DNA of 64,000 bases. Origin: an uncultured Verrucomicrobiae bacterium. GTDB taxonomy: Bacteria > Verrucomicrobiota > Verrucomicrobiia > Palsa-1439. The stretch lies in contig CAWEWF010000014.1 of assembly GCA_963812605.1 (NCBI GenBank), positions 736,001 to 800,000 of the forward strand, in the 5' to 3' direction. This document shows positions 57,631 through 64,000 of this stretch, piece by piece. The first letter of the stretch is position 1. The number at the start of each line of letters is the position of its first letter. The notes under the pieces were generated by a model. It was not told the DNA's origin. It searched no databases and saw only the letters and a program-made list of their open reading frames with translations. A program made the translations under genes and the position numbers.

Positions 57631-58467
57631 TTATTTCTTCCTTCTCTCCAAAATCAACGAGTTCGAATACTTTTTCTTCCGCCGCGTTTTGCCGCCCTTG
57701 GCCAGCTTGCCCCACGGCGACACCGGGTGATGCCAGCCGCCGCCGCCCTTGCTCTTACCCTGACCGCCGCCCATCGGGTGGTCCACCGGATTGCGTGCCA
57801 TGCCGCGTGAAATGCCGCGACGACCCAGCCAGCGATTACGCCCGGCCTTGCCCAGCATGATGTTGATGTGGTCGGTGTTGCCAATCTGCCCGATCGTGCA
57901 GTAGCATTCACGGTTAATCAGGCGAAGCTCACCCGACGGCATCTTAACGGTGACGTAATCCCCTTCACTGGCTGTGACTTGCGCTGCCATGCCCGCGCTG
58001 CGGCAAATCTGTCCGCCGCGACCTCGATGCAGCTCGACATTGTGAATCGGCATACCGGGAATGATCTTCTTTAGCGGCAGTGCATTGCCCACGGACAATT
58101 CCGCATCGGGACCGCTCATCAGCTTCGCGCCGACTTGCAAACCTAGTGGCGCGATAATGTAACGCTTCTCGCCATCGGCATACTTCAGCAGCGCGATGCG
58201 CGCGGAACGATTTGGATCGTACTCGATCCCCTCGACAATCGCGACGACACCAACTTTATCGCGTTTGAAATCAATAATGCGATAGCGCTGCTTGTGACCG
58301 CCACCGATGCCGCGCGAGGTCATGCGCCCGTGATGATTGCGTCCGCCTGTGCGGCGCCGCGCCACGGTGAGCTTTTTTTCGGGTTTGTGCTTCGTGATCT
58401 CCGAGAAATCGGAAAGCACGGTCCCGCGCAGTGATGGCGTCAACGGCCTAAATGTCTTGAGTCCCAT
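57631..58467 (-). CDS. rplB: 50S ribosomal protein L2
   Basis: [18 protein letters not shown]. Confidence 0.97.
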   Translation of the reverse strand: MGLKTFRPLTPSLRGTVLSDFSEITKHKPEKKLTVARRRTGGRNHHGRMTSRGIGGGHKQRYRIIDFKRDKVGVVAIVEGIEYDPNRSARIALLKYADGEKRYIIAPLGLQVGAKLMSGPDAELSVGNALPLKKIIPGMPIHNVELHRGRGGQICRSAGMAAQVTASEGDYVTVKMPSGELRLINRECYCTIGQIGNTDHINIMLGKAGRNRWLGRRGISRGMARNPVDHPMGGGQGKSKGGGGWHHPVSPWGKLAKGGKTRRKKKYSNSLILERRKK

Positions 58468-58473
58468 AAATCG

Positions 58474-58758
58474 TCATGCCAAATCAATCTTGTCGCCCTC
58501 TTTGAGGGTGACAACTGCCTTCTTCCAACTGGGCGTGCGCCCGAACTGCGCCGTCCGTTCGCGCCGCGCCTTGCCCTGCACGTGCATCGTGTTCACGTGA
58601 AGCACCTTGACCTTGAACAATTGCTCGACCGCGCGCTTCACATCGACCTTGTTCGCGTGCTTATCGACGACCATCTGATACTGATTCAATTTCTCGATTT
58701 GCGCCGTGCCCTTCTCGGTAACGCGCACGGTCTTGACCACGGTGTAGGGATCCTTCAT
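58474..58758 (-). CDS. rplW: 50S ribosomal protein L23
   Basis: VTEKG, WKKAVVTL. Confidence 0.96.
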   Translation of the reverse strand: MKDPYTVVKTVRVTEKGTAQIEKLNQYQMVVDKHANKVDVKRAVEQLFKVKVLHVNTMHVQGKARRERTAQFGRTPSWKKAVVTLKEGDKIDLA

Positions 58759-58763
58759 CAGTC

Positions 58764-59390
58764 TTATCCCAGGCGCGCGCCCAATTTCTCAAGCGCGGCT
58801 TTGGTGGTCACGATTTTCTCGAAGCGTAACAGCTCGTAGACGTTCACGGAACCCACCGGCTCGACCTGCACATTCGGGAGATTTCGCGCCGCCAACTTCA
58901 AATTCTTCTCCACCTGCTCGGTGACAACGAGCGTATGTTTATTCTTGCCGCCCAGCGCCGTTACAATGGCCGCCAGGTCTTTGGTCTTGTGGGTCGTCAA
59001 ACTCAACTCGTCAACCACAACGATATCGCCCGCCAACAGGCGTTCGCTCAATGCCTTGCGAAACGCCAGGGCCTTCACCTTTTTCGGTACATTGATTGTG
59101 TAATCGCGCGGCTTCGGGCCGAAGACCACGCCACCGCCACGCCACAGCGGCGAGGCGAAGGATCCCGCGCGCGCACGACCCGTGCCCTTCTGCTTCCACG
59201 GCTTCTTGCCGCTACCGTGCACCTCGCTGATTTGCTTGGTGCTCGCTGTGCCGAGACGCTGGTTCGCCATGTAGGCCGTAACCGTGTCATGCACCGCCTG
59301 CGTGCCTTTGCCATTCTTGATGAGCAACTCGTCGGCGAATTCAACTTCGCCCTTGGACTGACCGGAAATGTTAATGACAGGCAGCTTCAT
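58764..59390 (-). CDS. rplD: 50S ribosomal protein L4
   Basis: KPWKQKGTGRARAG. Confidence 0.97.
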   Translation of the reverse strand: MKLPVINISGQSKGEVEFADELLIKNGKGTQAVHDTVTAYMANQRLGTASTKQISEVHGSGKKPWKQKGTGRARAGSFASPLWRGGGVVFGPKPRDYTINVPKKVKALAFRKALSERLLAGDIVVVDELSLTTHKTKDLAAIVTALGGKNKHTLVVTEQVEKNLKLAARNLPNVQVEPVGSVNVYELLRFEKIVTTKAALEKLGARLG

Positions 59391-60040
59391 TTCGCCGCCT
59401 TCGCTACCGGTTTGGTTTTCTTCAACGCATGCCGGACAATAACAAACGCGCCAGTTGCCCCGGGCACCGCACCCTCGATGAACAACAGGTTGTCGGGTTC
59501 GCGCACCTGTACCACGCGTAAATTCTGCGTCGTGACACGGCGGTCACCCATGTGACCGGGCATCCGCATGTTCTTGAACACGCGGCCTGGGAATAGACGC
59601 TGACCAATCGCCCCACCGCGGCGATGCCAGCCCTTCGCGCCGTGGGTCATGTCGCCACCGGCAAACTTGTGGCGTCGCACTACGCCCTGAAAGCCCTTGC
59701 CTTTGCCGACGCCGATCACATCCACGTATTGACCCGACTGAAATTCCTTCACGGTGATCTTGTCGCCAACATTGAATTGCACCGGCTCTTCCGTGCGATA
59801 CTCACGGATAAATCGTGCTGGTGGTGTGTTGGCCTTCTGGCAGTGGCCGATCAACGCTTTGGAAGCGTTCTTTTCCTTGCGGGCGCCCAGACCGATCTGC
59901 ACCGCATGGTAGCCATCATTCTCCGGCGTCTTTTTCTGCAAGACGGTGCAGGGACCCAGTTCAATCACGGTCACGCCAACGAAATTGCCGTTCGCGTCGA
60001 ACAACTGCGCCATGCCAAGTTTTTTGCCGAGAAGTTCCAT
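59387..60040 (-). CDS. rplC: 50S ribosomal protein L3
   Basis: KGKGFQGVVRRH, MPGHMG. Confidence 0.97.
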   Translation of the reverse strand: MELLGKKLGMAQLFDANGNFVGVTVIELGPCTVLQKKTPENDGYHAVQIGLGARKEKNASKALIGHCQKANTPPARFIREYRTEEPVQFNVGDKITVKEFQSGQYVDVIGVGKGKGFQGVVRRHKFAGGDMTHGAKGWHRRGGAIGQRLFPGRVFKNMRMPGHMGDRRVTTQNLRVVQVREPDNLLFIEGAVPGATGAFVIVRHALKKTKPVAKAAK

Positions 60041-60042
60041 GA

Positions 60043-60351
60043 CTAAATCTTGATCGTAATGTCCACGCCCGCGGGAAGGTTCAGTTTCTTCAACTCGTCA
60101 ACCGTTTTGGCCGTCGGGTCAATGATGTCGAGCAACCGCTTGTGGGTGCGCATCTCGAATGACTCCATCGACTTCTTGTCGGCATGCGGCGAACGGTTCA
60201 CGGTGTGACGCCAGATATCGGTCGGCAGCGGGATCGGGCCGGCCACCTTCGCGCCGGTGCGCTTGGCGGTTTCGACGATGTCATGCGCTGATTGGTCGAG
60301 CAAGCGGTGGTCGTAGCCTTTGAGGCGGATGCGTATGCGCTGATTGTTCAT
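60043..60351 (-). CDS. rpsJ: 30S ribosomal protein S10
   Basis: [16 protein letters not shown]. Confidence 0.97.
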   Translation of the reverse strand: MNNQRIRIRLKGYDHRLLDQSAHDIVETAKRTGAKVAGPIPLPTDIWRHTVNRSPHADKKSMESFEMRTHKRLLDIIDPTAKTVDELKKLNLPAGVDITIKI

Positions 60352-62516
60352 TTCTTCTGCTGCCCCGCCCTTGGGTTGCTGTTACCGCTGTTTTTGTCCA
60401 AAATGGTGGCCAGAATATTCTCCGGTACCTTCTCAAACGCCGCCGGCTCCATCGAGTAGCTCGCGCGCCCTTTGCTCAGTGAACGCAGGGCCGTGGCGTA
60501 ACCAAACATCTCCGCCAGCGGCACGGTGGCGTGCACAATGGTGGAACTCGCCCGCGATTCGATGTGGCTGATCTTGCCCCGTCGGCTGTTCAGGTCGCCG
60601 ACAACGTCGCCCATGTGCTCCTCGGGGGTAATGGCCTCAACGTCCATGATCGGTTCCAACATGATCGCGCCGGCTTTCCGGGCTGCTTCCTTGAAGGCAA
60701 AACTGCCGGCCATCTTGAATGCGATTTCCGAACTGTCCACCTCGTGGTAGGTGCCGTCGATGATCTGGATCTTGATATCCACCATCGGGTAACCGCCCAG
60801 CACACCGGTCTGCGCCGCTTCGACAATGCCGTCTTCGACCGCGCCAATGTATTCCCGCGGGATCGCGCCGCCGACGACTTCATCCTCGACTACAATGCCG
60901 CTGCCTTTTTCGCCGGGCTCAACAGTAACGACCGCGTGCCCGTACTGACCACGGCCACCCGATTGACGGATAAATTTACCTTCGGCCTCGGCGGACTTGG
61001 TGATTGTTTCACGATAGGCAACCTGCGGTTTGCCCGCGGTCGCGCCAACATTGAATTCGCGGAACATGCGATCTTTGATGATATCGAGATGCAACTCGCC
61101 CATCCCGGAAATGATGGTCTGGCCGGTCTCCTGGTCGGTTGTGAGGCGGAACGTTGGGTCTTCTTCGGCGAGTCGCTGCAACGCGGTAGACATCTTGTCG
61201 CGGTCGGCCTTCGTGTTTGGTTCGATGGCCATGGAAATAACCGGCTCCGGAAACGTGATCGATTCGAGCAGGATTGGATGATCGTCGTCCGAAACTGTGT
61301 CGCCCGTCGTGACGTTTTTCAGCCCGACGAGCGCGCCAATGTCACCCGAGTAACACACATCAATTTCCTGTCGATGATTCGCATGCATCTCCAGCAGGCG
61401 GCCAATACGTTCGCGCTTATTATTACGCGGATTATAGACCGTCATGCCCTTGGTCACTTTGCCCGAATAGACTCGGAAGAAAATCAACCGGCCGGCGTAC
61501 GGATCCGTCCAAATTTTGAATGCCAGCGCGCAGAAAGCGCCGTTATCATTCGCCGAGCGCTTCTCGGGCTCTTTGCTATCCGGGTTCGTTCCGACAATTT
61601 CTGGAATATCAAGCGGGGAGGGAAGGTAATCGACAACGGCATCGAGCAACGGCTGTACACCTTTGTTCTTGAATGCCGCACCGCAAATCACGGGCACCAT
61701 CTCATTCTTGATCGTGAGCCGACGAATGCCGTCCTGCAGTTGCTGCTGGTTGATCTCTTTGCCTTCGAGGTAAAGATGCATCAACTCCTCGTCCTTCTCC
61801 GAGACCGCTTCCACGAGTTTCGCGTGCGCCGCGTCCGCGGCGGCTTTCAAGTCGGCAGGAATATCGACCACCTCAAACTCCGCACCGAGTTCCTCACCCG
61901 ACCAAAGGACGGCCTTCATCCTAACGAGATCGATGACACCCTTGAAATCAGCTTCCTTGCCGATCGGAATTTGAATCGGCACGGCATTCGCCGCCAGCCG
62001 CTCGCGCATCTGCGCCACGGCGGCTTCAAAATCGGCGCCCGTGCGGTCCATCTTGTTGACGAAAGCGATGCGCGGAACCTTGTACTTGTTGGCCTGACGC
62101 CACACGGTTTCCGATTGGGGCTCTACGCCTCCCACCGCGCAAAACACAGCACAGGCGCCATCCAGCACGCGCAGGCTGCGCTCGACCTCGACCGTGAAGT
62201 CCACATGCCCGGGAGTATCGATGATATTGACGCGATGGTCGCGCCAGAAGCAGGTCGTCGCGGCACTGGTGATCGTGATGCCACGTTCACGCTCCTGTTC
62301 CATCCAGTCCATGGTCGTCGTGCCCTCATGCACCTCGCCAACCTTGTAGACCTTCCCGGTATAGAAAAGGATCCGCTCGGTCGTCGTGGTCTTGCCGGCG
62401 TCGATGTGCGCGCAAATCCCAATGTTGCGGGTGCGCTCCAACGGCACGAGTCGGCCTGTCGACGATCTCGACTTGTCTTCGCCTGTCTGTTTCGCTTGTT
62501 CTAGCACGGCCTGCAT
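60348..62516 (-). CDS. fusA: Elongation factor G
   Basis: [24 protein letters not shown]. Confidence 0.97.
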   Translation of the reverse strand: MQAVLEQAKQTGEDKSRSSTGRLVPLERTRNIGICAHIDAGKTTTTERILFYTGKVYKVGEVHEGTTTMDWMEQERERGITITSAATTCFWRDHRVNIIDTPGHVDFTVEVERSLRVLDGACAVFCAVGGVEPQSETVWRQANKYKVPRIAFVNKMDRTGADFEAAVAQMRERLAANAVPIQIPIGKEADFKGVIDLVRMKAVLWSGEELGAEFEVVDIPADLKAAADAAHAKLVEAVSEKDEELMHLYLEGKEINQQQLQDGIRRLTIKNEMVPVICGAAFKNKGVQPLLDAVVDYLPSPLDIPEIVGTNPDSKEPEKRSANDNGAFCALAFKIWTDPYAGRLIFFRVYSGKVTKGMTVYNPRNNKRERIGRLLEMHANHRQEIDVCYSGDIGALVGLKNVTTGDTVSDDDHPILLESITFPEPVISMAIEPNTKADRDKMSTALQRLAEEDPTFRLTTDQETGQTIISGMGELHLDIIKDRMFREFNVGATAGKPQVAYRETITKSAEAEGKFIRQSGGRGQYGHAVVTVEPGEKGSGIVVEDEVVGGAIPREYIGAVEDGIVEAAQTGVLGGYPMVDIKIQIIDGTYHEVDSSEIAFKMAGSFAFKEAARKAGAIMLEPIMDVEAITPEEHMGDVVGDLNSRRGKISHIESRASSTIVHATVPLAEMFGYATALRSLSKGRASYSMEPAAFEKVPENILATILDKNSGNSNPRAGQQKK

Positions 62517-62602
62517 TTTCTAATTACTGCTTGTTTGTTGTTCCACCAAATTTCACAAAAGCACAACCATGGCTTGTCCTGACGGGTGAATTCACCTTCG
62601 GA

Positions 62603-63073
62603 CTACCAGCGGTAGTGCGCAAACGCACGATTGGCCTGCGCCATCTTGTGCGTGTCCTCACGCTTCTTCACGGACGCGCCCGTATTGTTTGACGCATCCA
62701 GAATCTCTGCGGCCAGGGCGTCCATCATCGCGGTGCCCTTGCGGGCACTGGCGTACTGGATCATCCAGCGCATCGCCAGCGCTTCCTGGCGATCAGACGA
62801 AACTTCGACCGGCACCTGGTAGTTCGCGCCGCCAACCCGGCGTGACTTGACCTCCAGCCTCGGCTTTACGTTTTCCAACGCCGTCTGCAATACGTCCAGC
62901 GGGCTCTTTTCCTTGGCCTTCTGCGCGATCCGGTCGAACGCGCCGTAGACAATCCGCTCCGCCACGGACTTCTTCCCACTCTGCATGATACAAGTGATCA
63001 GTCGCGTGACGGTTTCGCTGTTGAAACGCACGTCTCTGATTCTCGGTCGTCGATCTGCTCTTCGTCTGCGCAT
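62603..63073 (-). CDS. rpsG: 30S ribosomal protein S7
   Basis: SRRVGGANYQVP, ANRAFAHYRW. Confidence 0.97.
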   Translation of the reverse strand: MRRRRADRRPRIRDVRFNSETVTRLITCIMQSGKKSVAERIVYGAFDRIAQKAKEKSPLDVLQTALENVKPRLEVKSRRVGGANYQVPVEVSSDRQEALAMRWMIQYASARKGTAMMDALAAEILDASNNTGASVKKREDTHKMAQANRAFAHYRW

Positions 63074-63094
63074 ACTCGAATTATCTCAAATTGA

Positions 63095-63505
63095 TCAGGC
63101 CGCCTTTGCGCCCGTATCCTTCTTCGCACCAGTGTCCTTCGGACGTTTGACGCCATACTTGCTGCGACTGCGGCGGCGTTTTTCCACACCCATCGCATCC
63201 AATGTCCCACGCACAATATGATAACGAACGCCGGGCAAATCCTTCACGCGTCCGCCCCGCACAAGCACAATCGAGTGCTCCTGTAGATTATGTCCCTCGT
63301 CCGGGATATACGCAATGACCTCAATGCCATTCGTCAGCCGCACCTTGGCCACTTTCCGCAGCGCCGAATTCGGTTTCTTCGGCGTACGCGTCATCACCTG
63401 GAGACAAACGCCACGCCGCTGGGGACATTTGTCCAGTGCCGGTGCCTTGGACTTCGCCTTCAACTGGCGACGGCCTTTCCGAACAAGTTGATTAATTGTT
63501 GGCAT
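63095..63505 (-). CDS. rpsL: 30S ribosomal protein S12
   Basis: [23 protein letters not shown]. Confidence 0.98.
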   Translation of the reverse strand: MPTINQLVRKGRRQLKAKSKAPALDKCPQRRGVCLQVMTRTPKKPNSALRKVAKVRLTNGIEVIAYIPDEGHNLQEHSIVLVRGGRVKDLPGVRYHIVRGTLDAMGVEKRRRSRSKYGVKRPKDTGAKKDTGAKAA

Positions 63506-63604
63506 CTGTTAACCCGTTAAACGCCACTTCCCTAGTGGCTCCAAAGGAACGCGAAACCTAACACACGCTCCGGTGCAACGCAAGACCTTTTGAGCACCCG
63601 ACTT

Positions 63605-64000
<396 letters not shown>

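Noticed and set aside
18829-62504. Long antisense ORFs (18829-20625, 35103-36500, 60531-62504)
   Set aside because: They mirror rtcB, dxs and fusA as a result of high-GC codon bias and contain no recognisable domains.

Overview
Bacterial chromosomal segment, probably PVC superphylum and most likely Verrucomicrobiota (PEP-CTERM proteins, TIGR04073-type protein, fusA directly followed by rpsJ, no rpmD). From left to right: mutM and a housekeeping tRNA-Leu; a yeh-like DUF4132/MoxR-AAA/DUF5682/VWA/SWIM operon (2.7-13.3 kb); an RNA-rich locus (13.4-21.3 kb); accessory genes (MFS, carbonic anhydrase, PEP-CTERM proteins, queD, a toxin-antitoxin pair); xseAB-dxs-tlyA-nadK; an ANTAR two-component pair; and the alpha/spc/S10/str ribosomal protein superoperon up to rpoC. 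The RNA-rich locus is the main find. It contains a sigma70-type promoter, a leader peptide whose stop codon sits on an antiterminator, a ~360-nt highly structured unassigned RNA, and 33 tRNA genes covering all 20 amino acids. These tRNAs have a systematically rewired elbow (G55 instead of U55 in 32 of 33, with covarying 18/55 and 54/58 positions) and anticodons that would avoid TadA and TilS. They are followed by four tandem Y-RNA-like genes sharing one scaffold but carrying different tRNA-fragment modules, then Ro60/TROVE, RtcB and an HNH nuclease. I infer a translation-stress-inducible backup tRNA and RNA-repair system. All structures were folded by eye. Single-base frameshifts, including in secY, adk and rplF, point to sequencing or assembly indels.
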